A stretch of DNA of 46,910 bases from Acidobacteriota bacterium. Its GTDB lineage: Bacteria > Acidobacteriota > Blastocatellia > RBC074. A program made the position numbers and the translations under genes. Location: NCBI GenBank assembly GCA_018268995.1, contig JAFDVL010000015.1:19532-66441 (forward strand), written 5' to 3'. Under the pieces are notes generated by a model that saw only the letters and a list, made by a program, of their open reading frames with translations, ran no database searches and was not told the origin of the DNA. Shown one piece after another: positions 1 to 8,568 of the stretch (position 1 is its first letter; every line of letters begins with the position of its first letter).

Positions 1-41
1 GCCCGACCGTCAGGAAGGGCGTGAAACTAAAATGCCCTCCC

Positions 42-788
42 TCACGGTCGCGCTTCTGCCGTCAATGTTTGCAAGCAGTGAAAGCGCACATTAGCAGCCT
101 GCTTCAGTTCGTCCAGCATCTGTTCTAAAAATAAAAATGCGTCATCCGTCATCACTTTATGATGCAGCATGATCCCAATCACTGCGCCTTGTTGCACTTG
201 TTGCACGATTGCCTGCCAAAGCTCCTCTGCGGGCTTGAGTTGCGCGCCATCTTTCCAACGGTATAAATCCAGCGTGACAGAAATTTCAGGCAGCATGCCA
301 TCTGGATTTTCATCTGTTTCGCGTAGCTTTGACACAACACGAAAGCCTAATTGCTGCAATGCCTGTTCAGTAACCTGCGTGCAACGGTTCCAGGGCGGAA
401 TGAAAGCGGGGAACCAATGCTGACCGAATGCTTCAGTCATGCGTGCCTGCCCGCGCGACAGATCGTCGTATTGCTCGTCAAAACTACGGCTTGCGCCAAA
501 TTCACATTTGCGGCCTGTCGTTTCGTGATTGACGTGCTGCCAGCCGTGTTGCACCAGTTCGACCGTAGAGGCAAATTGCCGGAGCAACGCGATCCCAGCG
601 GTGGTCAGCCGCGCCGGAATCACACCGAGCACGACAGGGGCATTTCTGGTTGCAAAAAGTTGCAGCAATCGCCGCAGCGTTGCTTCGTCTTCGTCTATGT
701 CGTCGTCACGAAAAAACACTTCTACAATTTCACCTCCAGCCTGCCGCTGGATCAATGCTTCACGTAGTCTGTTGATCGCGTCGTTCAT
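42..788 (-). CDS. Polysaccharide deacetylase (carbohydrate esterase family 4-like, NodB-type)
   Basis: 248-aa ORF with ATG at 788 and TGA at 42-44. FFRDDD near the N-terminus and HGWQHVNH are consistent with CE4 Asp and His metal-binding motifs. It lies 3 nt downstream of the preceding glycosyltransferase gene. Confidence 0.55.
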   Translation of the reverse strand: MNDAINRLREALIQRQAGGEIVEVFFRDDDIDEDEATLRRLLQLFATRNAPVVLGVIPARLTTAGIALLRQFASTVELVQHGWQHVNHETTGRKCEFGASRSFDEQYDDLSRGQARMTEAFGQHWFPAFIPPWNRCTQVTEQALQQLGFRVVSKLRETDENPDGMLPEISVTLDLYRWKDGAQLKPAEELWQAIVQQVQQGAVIGIMLHHKVMTDDAFLFLEQMLDELKQAANVRFHCLQTLTAEARP

Positions 789-791
789 AGC

Positions 792-1946
792 TCACGCCTG
801 CAAAAGGTCAGCGATGGCCTGGGCCGTTTTCGCAGCACCTTGTAAATCAAGCGGGACAGGCGAAACACTTGACGGAGCACTCAAGGCTTGCTGCATCAGC
901 TGTGCCAACTGCTCCGGGGTCAGTTGTTCCGGGGTTAGAACAGTCAACGCCCCAAGTTGCTCCAGCTTTCGAGCACGCATCATCTGCTCCCGATTGTCGC
1001 TGCCCGTAAAGGGATAGACGATAGCCCGCACCTGCGCAGAGAGAATATCCATGCAGGTGTTGTATCCCGCCATACTCAAAGAAAGATCCGCTTGTTGCAG
1101 ATAGGACGGGAAATCAGGCGTAAATCGTTCCATTGTGATATGCGGATGAGAAGCAATGCGTTGCTGAAGCTGTTCGTAGATTGCTTCCGGGCAATGTGGC
1201 CCAGGTAGAATGTGCATTGTGTGCGGCAGGTGCAGCAACGCGCTGGCATCAATGGCACACTCAATCAACTCATGCCCAATGCGCCCGCCGCCAATGCTGA
1301 CCAGGATTCGATTTGGATCGGCGGCTTTCTTCGGCACTGAATCTTCCTGTCGGCTTTGCGCCACAAAACCGGTGTACTGCACTTTACACACTAACTCATT
1401 CACTCGCGGAAAGGTTTCATCCAGCCGTTGGAAAGTCGGATCAGCGTGAATCAGCAACAAATCAAAATATTGATTCATTAACCGACAGGCATCATCATCG
1501 AATTTCGCCTGATTTTTCCGCGCCACCAGAATATCGCGCAGGCTGCAAATCACCTTAGGCGATGGCGTTGTATTCTTCGTTTTTTCCAGCAGCGGGAGCA
1601 ATTCAAAATCAAACATCCGACGACCAAACGGATACAACTCAATCACAATCGCATCCGGTTGAACGCGATCATAAATCCCAAGCAACTGTTCCCGGCGGCG
1701 ATCCTTTACTTCTGCCAGGTTCATTTGCTCGTCAATCAAATGTAATTGCTGAAAATTGGCGTCGGATTTCAGCGCGGGCAAATGAATTACTTCGACGCCG
1801 GGCGGCATGCCAAAGCCGGGAATGATTTCTCCGCCATACACAAAGCAAACGTCAAATGCCGCGAGGGCGCGCACAATTTCACGGCTGCGCACGTAATGCC
1901 CAATGCCGAGCAGCGATTGACAGTAAAACAAAACTTTCTTTCTCAT
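792..1946 (-). CDS. Glycosyltransferase, GT1/GT28-like (MGT/MurG-like fold)
   Basis: 384-aa ORF. N-terminal GIGHYVRS motif and overall length are typical of GT-B UDP-glycosyltransferases. Its ATG at 1946 overlaps the TGA of the upstream GT4 gene (ATGA). Confidence 0.55.
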   Translation of the reverse strand: MRKKVLFYCQSLLGIGHYVRSREIVRALAAFDVCFVYGGEIIPGFGMPPGVEVIHLPALKSDANFQQLHLIDEQMNLAEVKDRRREQLLGIYDRVQPDAIVIELYPFGRRMFDFELLPLLEKTKNTTPSPKVICSLRDILVARKNQAKFDDDACRLMNQYFDLLLIHADPTFQRLDETFPRVNELVCKVQYTGFVAQSRQEDSVPKKAADPNRILVSIGGGRIGHELIECAIDASALLHLPHTMHILPGPHCPEAIYEQLQQRIASHPHITMERFTPDFPSYLQQADLSLSMAGYNTCMDILSAQVRAIVYPFTGSDNREQMMRARKLEQLGALTVLTPEQLTPEQLAQLMQQALSAPSSVSPVPLDLQGAAKTAQAIADLLQA

Positions 1947-3226
1947 ACCTGGAAGAGTCGAAACAGGGGTTTTACATTTACCTCCACGTCAAAAATATAG
2001 CAGACTCGCGCCCGCGCCGCCTTGCCTAAGCGTGTGCGAAGCTCGCCATCGTCCAACAATTTCCCAATAGCTTGTGCCAGTGCCACCGCATTTTTTTCTG
2101 GCACGAGTAACCCATTCACCCCAGATTCGACCAGTTCGGGAATGCCGGAAATGTCTGTGGAAACGACGGGCAATTCCATTGCCATCGCTTCGGCCAACAC
2201 GTTCGGAATGCCGTCGCGGTCGCCGTTATCAATGATGTGACAGGCCAGTGCAAAGACCGTCGCCTGGGTGTAAATTTCCCGCAACTCTTCCTGCGTCACA
2301 GCAGAATGAAGCTGGACAAATCCTTCCAATTGCCATTGCTGAATCAGCTTTTGGATCGGTTCGTGATCGCCGCCGCCAACAATGTGGCAAACAAACTGCC
2401 GTCCCTGCTGACGCAACAATTGACACGCCTCGACCAAAAACCGATAGCCTTTTTTCTCGACAAAGCGCCCGACTGACAAGATCACAGGCCGATCCTGTTC
2501 GTGATGTTCGAGCGGCATGAATTTCTTCGTGTCCAGCCCGTGATAAATCGTGTGAATCGGCGCGCTGTGTGGCTCGACCTGATGCAAATGCTCTTCGTTC
2601 GCTCGCGTACAAGTCACGACAAATTTCGCTCGCTGAAGTTTAAGCGCCAGCAGATTGCCGGGATTGAGTTCTGGTAAATAAATATCTTTGGCGTGCGCGG
2701 TAAAGCTGAACGGCAGGCCAGAAAGCTGGCTGGCAAACATCGCCACCGTCGTCGAAGTATGCGCAAAATGGGCGTGCAACTGCCGAAAACGGCCTGCGGC
2801 CACGACCTGTTCGGCGATAAATCCAGCCTGCAAAAATTCTTTGAGGGATTTCTTGGACGGTTTGCTCCACCAGTGTTCTCGCAACGCCAAGGTCAGGCGC
2901 AGCATTTCCCAAAACGTCTTCAGATAATTGCCGGGGCGTGCTTTCCACAGTCGCCGATGCGATGGCAAAAACGGCGGCAGGTTCACGCGCAACCACTGCC
3001 AAAAACTGACATCCGGCAGCGGCGTCAGCAGGGGAACGTACAGCACAGGCGCTTTGATTTCATCCACCACCGCATGCCGTTTGTCTTTGCTGGGGCCAAG
3101 CAGCGAAAAAATCGTGAGCTTCAGCCCCAATTGTTCCAAACGATAAATTTCATTGGTAATAAACGTTTCTGAAGCACGCGCGAAACTTTTGAGGATGTAG
3201 GCAATTTCAGTAGGTTGGTTCTTCAT
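1943..3226 (-). CDS. Glycosyltransferase family 4 (WcaL/colanic-acid-type GT-B)
   Basis: 427-aa ORF. C-terminal EAMAMELPVVSTDISGIPELVE is the classic GT4 E-x7-E region. ATG at 3224-3226. Confidence 0.8.
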   Translation of the reverse strand: MKNQPTEIAYILKSFARASETFITNEIYRLEQLGLKLTIFSLLGPSKDKRHAVVDEIKAPVLYVPLLTPLPDVSFWQWLRVNLPPFLPSHRRLWKARPGNYLKTFWEMLRLTLALREHWWSKPSKKSLKEFLQAGFIAEQVVAAGRFRQLHAHFAHTSTTVAMFASQLSGLPFSFTAHAKDIYLPELNPGNLLALKLQRAKFVVTCTRANEEHLHQVEPHSAPIHTIYHGLDTKKFMPLEHHEQDRPVILSVGRFVEKKGYRFLVEACQLLRQQGRQFVCHIVGGGDHEPIQKLIQQWQLEGFVQLHSAVTQEELREIYTQATVFALACHIIDNGDRDGIPNVLAEAMAMELPVVSTDISGIPELVESGVNGLLVPEKNAVALAQAIGKLLDDGELRTRLGKAARARVCYIFDVEVNVKPLFRLFQV

Positions 3227-3322
3227 TCAACAGTGCCGCCAGCGGCATATTTCCTGATCTGCATGAAAGGGTAAAAGGGATTTTGCGATGTGACATTCAA
3301 TTCGTCAAATAAGGTAGCCCAG

Positions 3323-6300
3323 CTATTTGAAACGTTCTCCCGGCTGGTAAATGCGTCGTGCTTGTCGTTTGCGATCAGGACTCCAAACATAGCGCGGACG
3401 TTCGACCGTGACAGACAAGGGAAATTGCTGGCAGCGATGCCGAATGATGTCGTGTTCGGCGGGAGTCAGCCCCAAACCGCTGGCCACGATTTCGTCTATT
3501 TCTTCGCCGATAGCTTCCATCCGTTGTTTCGTGTCGCGCAGGTGATCGGCCAGTCCGTTGATTTCAGCCGCAAGGCGGGCGCGGTCAACTGCTTCTTGGG
3601 GCAACAGGATATTTTGAAGATCGGCAGCCGGGATTTCTTCTTTGTCGAGCGCCAGCAAGGCCAGCTGCAACAAACATAATGCCTCCGGCTCGCCGCTGAT
3701 TGTGACCGTCCCAAGTTGCAACTGGTCTTGCATCACGCGGCTGGAGGGCAAGTCATCGCGGTCTATCGTTTCGCCTGTCCAGCGCAAATTCAGGAAGCCC
3801 GCTTTGATGGTGTTGTGACATTGCGCCATCAATTGCTGGTAAGCGTCGAGTTCATCCACTTGTACGTCTTGCGAAAGCGCCGCCGCTTCTTTTGCCAGCA
3901 GGTGCAATTGTTTTGCCTGTGCATCAGTGAGTTCAGGCAAAGGAAGATTTTTAAGTGTACGCGGATTCCAATGCGCGCGACGGCGCAGTAAGACAGATGC
4001 TCGAAGTAATAGAAAAGCGTAGTACCGAGATATTCTTGAATTGATAATGGCTGATATAACATGGGCGCTATACTTGAAAGGTATCACTAAAACTACACTG
4101 TTATTGGCACAAACTTCCAAAGGATTTCCCGCTGCCGCTACAAGGGTGACATAAATGTTTGGCACGAAACAGCAAAGGGTATCACTAGGATTATTGTTAT
4201 TTACGAGGTCTTGCCCTTTATAGTCGTAACAGCCAAGTCCGGTTTCGTCTGGTTTTCCAGCGTTTTCAAGATAAAAACTTAAATCCCGCCAGATGCTTGC
4301 ATCACTAACCTGCTTAATTCTCGAAGTATCAATTACTTCATCGGCCTCGGTGAGATCGTGCAACAAGGGATAATGAAAGGAACTGATATGCTGTCCTTTC
4401 AGAAAAGGTAACTCCTGAGGTTGATTTCGTTCTTTTCGGTAAGCGTGAGTGACCTTAGCTGCCGCACCGAGCTTTATGGCAAACGTTGATTTAGTAATTG
4501 TTCCAAGCACAGCACATTTTTTCATCTTTTCTAGGATTGGGACGTCCTCGGCTTTGACTTCCATTGTCCAATCACTTGTCGGACTAAGCTCAAGCCATCT
4601 TTGGTAATTGATGGATGAGGAATGCGTCGCAAAAAAGTTGGCGTCGGATGTAGCTAATTGCAGTTCGGATTTATTGCGTAAACCACTAACGATGGTAATT
4701 GCATGGTTTTGCGTGGGGCGCTCTTTCCTGGCAAAGATGAGCATCGGAATTATGTCTGCATCGGGGAAAATATCCTTTGCCATCCATTCGAGCGAAACGA
4801 TTTGGTAGATAGAATAATCACGGAAATAACGACGCATCTGCGCCGCCATTTCAGTATTGGCGTTGCCAATCGGCGCAACCATTCCTAACGTGCCGCCATC
4901 CTTGAGCCAGTATTTCATGGCGTAGTACAGAAAATAGGCGGACAAATCTGTATTGCCGGATTTGATCGCGGCAAAGAGTTGATCCAGTGCGTCACGATCT
5001 TCCAGCGGCAACCGTTCGTTGCGCACAAACGGCGGATTGCCGACAACGTAATCTACTTGTTCGTTCTTGTCGCCGCCCGAACTTTCCTCGTCTTCTAAAA
5101 AGCCTTCTAATTCATCGAACTGCGAAAAGTACGTCAGCGAGTTGCGATTGAAGATGCTGAATTTGGGCAAGCGAAAATTCGCGTTGTGTTGTTTGGCTTC
5201 AAGGTACAGATCGAGCGTCGAGAACAACAAACTCAAATGAGCGAGGAAGACCGAGAACGGATTGATGTCGTAGCCCACCAAACAATTGCGCACCAACTCA
5301 ATGCGGTTTTCGGCGGAAAGATGCGCGCTGACTTGTAGCAAAGGCGCAAGCGCGCGCACGCCAAACGTGAACGAACCGCAGGACGGATCAAGAATGCGTT
5401 TCGTCATCAATTGCGCATCGGCGGCAATGCCCGTGTGTTTGAGAATGTAATCAACGGCTTCTTCCGACGTGTAGTATTCGCCCAATCGTTTGCGCTCGGT
5501 TTTCGGACGAAAATATTGATAGATGCTGCCCAACACATCGCGGCTGACGTTTTGGAACGAGAACGCATTCAGGCGATATAAAATGCGCTCCAGAATATCG
5601 TTGAGCTTGCCATTGCCATAGCCGTACCAGTCGAAAACCGTCTCTTCAAAAAGCTGCGAATAAATGTGCGCGACATCTTTGTACGCGACTTCGACCAAAT
5701 CCTGATAGCGCCATTTGATGTGATCCACAAAACGCCGCCAGATGCTCGGCCCTTCGTGCGAAACCTTGCGCGTCGTCAGACCGATGTCTTCGCAAATGCG
5801 GACAAAGAACAACCGACTCAGCGCGACATACGCCGTGTTGGTGATGAAAATGTCTTCAAAATGCTCTTCCTTTTCCGTTCCGGCGTAGGTCTGATCGTGC
5901 TTGAACTGCGGATAGTCAATCTCGAAGAGTTGCAGCACCAATCGGCCTTTGCGCTTGAGTCGCCGAATATTGGCTTGAATCGGGCGTCGAAGCTTGGCAT
6001 CGGAACCAACCGATTCCAGCTTCTTTTCGAGCGTGGCGAGTTGGGCGCTGGCTTCTCGGTATTCCTGCTTGAGCGTGTCGAAGACATCCGCGCAATACGC
6101 TTTGAGATGACGCAGCGCAAAATCAAACGTATCCTGCAAATTCCCAATCGTCTCCGTCGAGATCGTCAAATAGCCGCCGGGCAAATCGCCTTGTCGAAAG
6201 AGTTCATATTGTGGACGCTGCATCGAAGCCTCAAACGTGATGCGTTCGAGCAACGCGCGTAGGTTTTCATCGGTCAGGGAGAGGCGGGCATTGGTCTTGA

Positions 6301-6709
6301 TGTCCAGCAACTCGTCCGGTTCAATATGAACACCATCCAGAGTTTCGCCGTCGAGATTGCAGACATAAAACGTTTTCGGCGCACAGAGCAGAACGTAAAA
6401 CGTCTCGGTACGAATGTAGCCGCGCGCTAAGATTTGTTCTTTCCAGATTCGTTGGCGGCGCTTCTCGTTACGAATATCCGCATCATCAAGTTTGGCTTCG
6501 CAAACAATCCATTCCGTTTTATCTTCGTCACCCGCATGAAGGCGAATGTCCGGGATGCCGCCCGCCTTATTGGATTTGTTGATTTCGTAGAATGCTGGTT
6601 CGTAATGCAGAACACTGCTGAGGATGTTGGTTGCAAGCGTTGTGTAGAAAGCCGATTCGCTGACCGCGCCCGTTCCGGCAATCGCCTTCAAGTATTTTTT
6701 CAGTGACAT
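3323..6709 (-). CDS. Type IIG/IIL restriction-modification enzyme (fused PD-(D/E)xK endonuclease plus gamma-class N6-adenine DNA methyltransferase plus target-recognition domain; MmeI-like)
   Basis: 1128-aa ORF. The N-terminus carries IPDIRL...IVCEAKLDD, a PD...ExK nuclease motif. The centre carries ILDPSCGSFTFG (SAM motif I) and VVGNPPFVRN (motif IV, NPPF). The long C-terminal region is plausibly a target-recognition domain. There is no separate methyltransferase or specificity gene nearby. The central and C-terminal part (about 4000-4900) is clearly AT-richer than neighbouring genes. Confidence 0.7.
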   Translation of the reverse strand: MSLKKYLKAIAGTGAVSESAFYTTLATNILSSVLHYEPAFYEINKSNKAGGIPDIRLHAGDEDKTEWIVCEAKLDDADIRNEKRRQRIWKEQILARGYIRTETFYVLLCAPKTFYVCNLDGETLDGVHIEPDELLDIKTNARLSLTDENLRALLERITFEASMQRPQYELFRQGDLPGGYLTISTETIGNLQDTFDFALRHLKAYCADVFDTLKQEYREASAQLATLEKKLESVGSDAKLRRPIQANIRRLKRKGRLVLQLFEIDYPQFKHDQTYAGTEKEEHFEDIFITNTAYVALSRLFFVRICEDIGLTTRKVSHEGPSIWRRFVDHIKWRYQDLVEVAYKDVAHIYSQLFEETVFDWYGYGNGKLNDILERILYRLNAFSFQNVSRDVLGSIYQYFRPKTERKRLGEYYTSEEAVDYILKHTGIAADAQLMTKRILDPSCGSFTFGVRALAPLLQVSAHLSAENRIELVRNCLVGYDINPFSVFLAHLSLLFSTLDLYLEAKQHNANFRLPKFSIFNRNSLTYFSQFDELEGFLEDEESSGGDKNEQVDYVVGNPPFVRNERLPLEDRDALDQLFAAIKSGNTDLSAYFLYYAMKYWLKDGGTLGMVAPIGNANTEMAAQMRRYFRDYSIYQIVSLEWMAKDIFPDADIIPMLIFARKERPTQNHAITIVSGLRNKSELQLATSDANFFATHSSSINYQRWLELSPTSDWTMEVKAEDVPILEKMKKCAVLGTITKSTFAIKLGAAAKVTHAYRKERNQPQELPFLKGQHISSFHYPLLHDLTEADEVIDTSRIKQVSDASIWRDLSFYLENAGKPDETGLGCYDYKGQDLVNNNNPSDTLCCFVPNIYVTLVAAAGNPLEVCANNSVVLVIPFKYSAHVISAIINSRISRYYAFLLLRASVLLRRRAHWNPRTLKNLPLPELTDAQAKQLHLLAKEAAALSQDVQVDELDAYQQLMAQCHNTIKAGFLNLRWTGETIDRDDLPSSRVMQDQLQLGTVTISGEPEALCLLQLALLALDKEEIPAADLQNILLPQEAVDRARLAAEINGLADHLRDTKQRMEAIGEEIDEIVASGLGLTPAEHDIIRHRCQQFPLSVTVERPRYVWSPDRKRQARRIYQPGERFK

Positions 6710-6799
6710 TAGATGCTCTCTAAGTGATTAGCTGCTGCGGAAAGGCAATTGAACCATGATTCTTTCTTGGAGTGAAGGCAGGGTTGAGCAACTAAGACG

Positions 6800-7273
6800 C
6801 TATATTCTTTGCTCACTTGACCAATTAGCCTGAATGAATAACCGCTCTAACTCACGCAACGGCAGCACCGCCGCTTTTTCGCCCATCGTGGCAATCATCC
6901 GCTTTCGCACCTCATCACGATTTACCAATCCCGGTTGTTGCAGCAGCCACAGCAAATCAATGTGATCTTTGCCGCGCCCGGCGACGTATTTCAAAATCAC
7001 CATCCATTCGGGCGAAATCACAAACAAAGTTTCTTCGGCCTCAACCGCATCTCGTAAAGCCGCATCGTAAAAATCATGAAAGAAATCATCTCGTAAAATC
7101 CAATCCAAATCTACGGCGCGATTTCCGGCCTGCGCTGCATAGGTTATGCCGCCAAAGCTCAGCTTATCTTTGGCCTCCCAATCAAGTGGCTGATTTGCCA
7201 CCATATCTACATCCATTGTGGCACGCGTGAATCCGTACAAGTGCATTGCCAAACCGCCTGCGAGCGCGCACAT
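6800..7273 (-). CDS. Nucleotidyltransferase-fold protein (minimal Pol-beta-type NTase)
   Basis: 157-aa ORF. LAGGLAMHLYGFTRATMDVDMV fits the hG[GS]-x9-13-DhD NTase signature. An AGGAAAAAGG sequence precedes the ATG at 7273. It is preceded by a coupled 26-codon ORF ending in an in-frame TAG (see findings). Confidence 0.45.
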   Translation of the reverse strand: MCALAGGLAMHLYGFTRATMDVDMVANQPLDWEAKDKLSFGGITYAAQAGNRAVDLDWILRDDFFHDFYDAALRDAVEAEETLFVISPEWMVILKYVAGRGKDHIDLLWLLQQPGLVNRDEVRKRMIATMGEKAAVLPLRELERLFIQANWSSEQRI

Positions 7274-7395
7274 AATGCCTTTTTCCTGCGCGGCTTTGGC
7301 GGCAGCGCGGGCAACTTCCTATCCTTCTTCGGTAGAAATGGATTGTTTGTCAGGCGCGGTGTTGCGACGCAACAAGGCCTGGATTTCTTCTTTGC

Positions 7396-8568
7396 TCATA
7401 TTTTTAGTGCGTTGCGGAACAATCGTCGTTTCAGGCTGAGATAATCCTGATCGCCTGCGATTAAATCATTCAAGGTGTCACGCACGCCGCGATGATGGCG
7501 GGCAAATTGAATCAATCGTTCGGTAAACGGCTGCCCCAGAAACTTTCCGTAATAAAAGCGGTCGAGCATTTCGGCAGCGCGGCGCAGGTCGGCCCCAAAC
7601 TCGGCGCGCCATAGTCCTTCGTAATCTTTCGTCCGCGTCAGAATGGCTTGGGCTAACAGTTCGGCGGATTTGATGGCGTAATAAATCCCCTCGCCCGTGA
7701 TCGGATCAACAAAGCCTGCTGCGTCGCCAATTAAGGCCCAGTGTTGCGCGGCGTCGCTGACTTTCAGCACATCCCAACTTTCGACCACCAGCGAAGGAAT
7801 CATCGCACCGTAAAAGGTGGCGTGCGCCGTGGAATGATGTGTGGAAGCTTTGATTTCGCGGGCAATATGCGGCAATTGCGCTTCAATAAAATCCAGCAAT
7901 TCGGCTTTTAATTGTGCGGGGGTGCGTTCCTGATACTTCACAGCAATGCCGTAAGAAATATGATCAGCTCGCGGAAATGCCCAGATGTACCCCGCACTGC
8001 TGGTCAGATATTTGATATCTACGCGCGAGGCGTCCCAGTCTGCCGGGTTTTCTGTTTTGATGTGCCAGCCGAGGCCATAGATAAAATCGCGCGGTTTGAA
8101 TTCAATACCCAGCTTGGGCCGCAACTTGCTGGTCGCGCCGTCTGCGCCAACCAGAAAATCACAAACGAATTCACGGCCATCCTGCATCCGTAATTCCCAC
8201 TTCCCTGCCTCGCGTGCGATGCGGGCAACTCGCGCACAAACGAATTCCGCCCCCGCCTTCACGGCTCGTTCGCGCATCAGCCGATCCAGTTCGGCGCGTG
8301 AATAAATCGCAAAATCTGACTTCGGTTGCACGGACACTTCGCGACCACTAGCGCCGATGACGCGGACGGTTGAGACCAGTTGTTTTTCAGAATCGCCGTT
8401 TTGTAAGAATTCAAATTCGCGCAGGGCTTTGGTGGTGACGCCGCCGCCACACGGTTTTTCCCACGGCTTTTCGCGGGCATCGAACAATAAAACTTCGCAT
8501 CCGTTTTGGCTGAGCAACGCGGCCAAATGCGCGCCCGCCGGGCCTGCTCCGACAATTGCTACTTTCAT
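7396..8568 (-). CDS. Geranylgeranyl reductase family FAD-dependent oxidoreductase
   Basis: 390-aa ORF. N-terminal MKVAIVGAGPAGAHLA is a Rossmann GxGxxG motif, followed by KPCGGGV typical of the geranylgeranyl-reductase family. Its ATG overlaps the upstream TGA (ATGA at 8565-8568). Confidence 0.75.
   Translation of the reverse strand: MKVAIVGAGPAGAHLAALLSQNGCEVLLFDAREKPWEKPCGGGVTTKALREFEFLQNGDSEKQLVSTVRVIGASGREVSVQPKSDFAIYSRAELDRLMRERAVKAGAEFVCARVARIAREAGKWELRMQDGREFVCDFLVGADGATSKLRPKLGIEFKPRDFIYGLGWHIKTENPADWDASRVDIKYLTSSAGYIWAFPRADHISYGIAVKYQERTPAQLKAELLDFIEAQLPHIAREIKASTHHSTAHATFYGAMIPSLVVESWDVLKVSDAAQHWALIGDAAGFVDPITGEGIYYAIKSAELLAQAILTRTKDYEGLWRAEFGADLRRAAEMLDRFYYGKFLGQPFTERLIQFARHHRGVRDTLNDLIAGDQDYLSLKRRLFRNALKI

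Noticed and set aside
169-1017. Plus-strand ORFs of 84-162 aa (169..423, 351..767, 529..1017) inside the deacetylase/glycosyltransferase genes
   Set aside because: They are antisense to strong, motif-bearing minus-strand genes. Their Cys/Ser/Arg-rich low-complexity translations are typical of spurious frames in high-GC DNA.
3227-3322. GCCGC-CA-GCGGC small hairpin between the restriction-modification gene 3' end and the GT4 start
   Set aside because: It has only a 5-bp stem and no convincing U-tract. It is insufficient to call a terminator.
5666-6262. 198-aa plus-strand ORF inside the restriction-modification gene
   Set aside because: It is antisense to the methyltransferase motif region and has no recognisable motifs. 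It is an artefact of an open antisense frame.
7319-7321. In-frame TAG read as pyrrolysine or programmed readthrough
   Set aside because: No pyl machinery or supporting context is visible. A leader peptide, a pseudogene or an assembly error are far more parsimonious.
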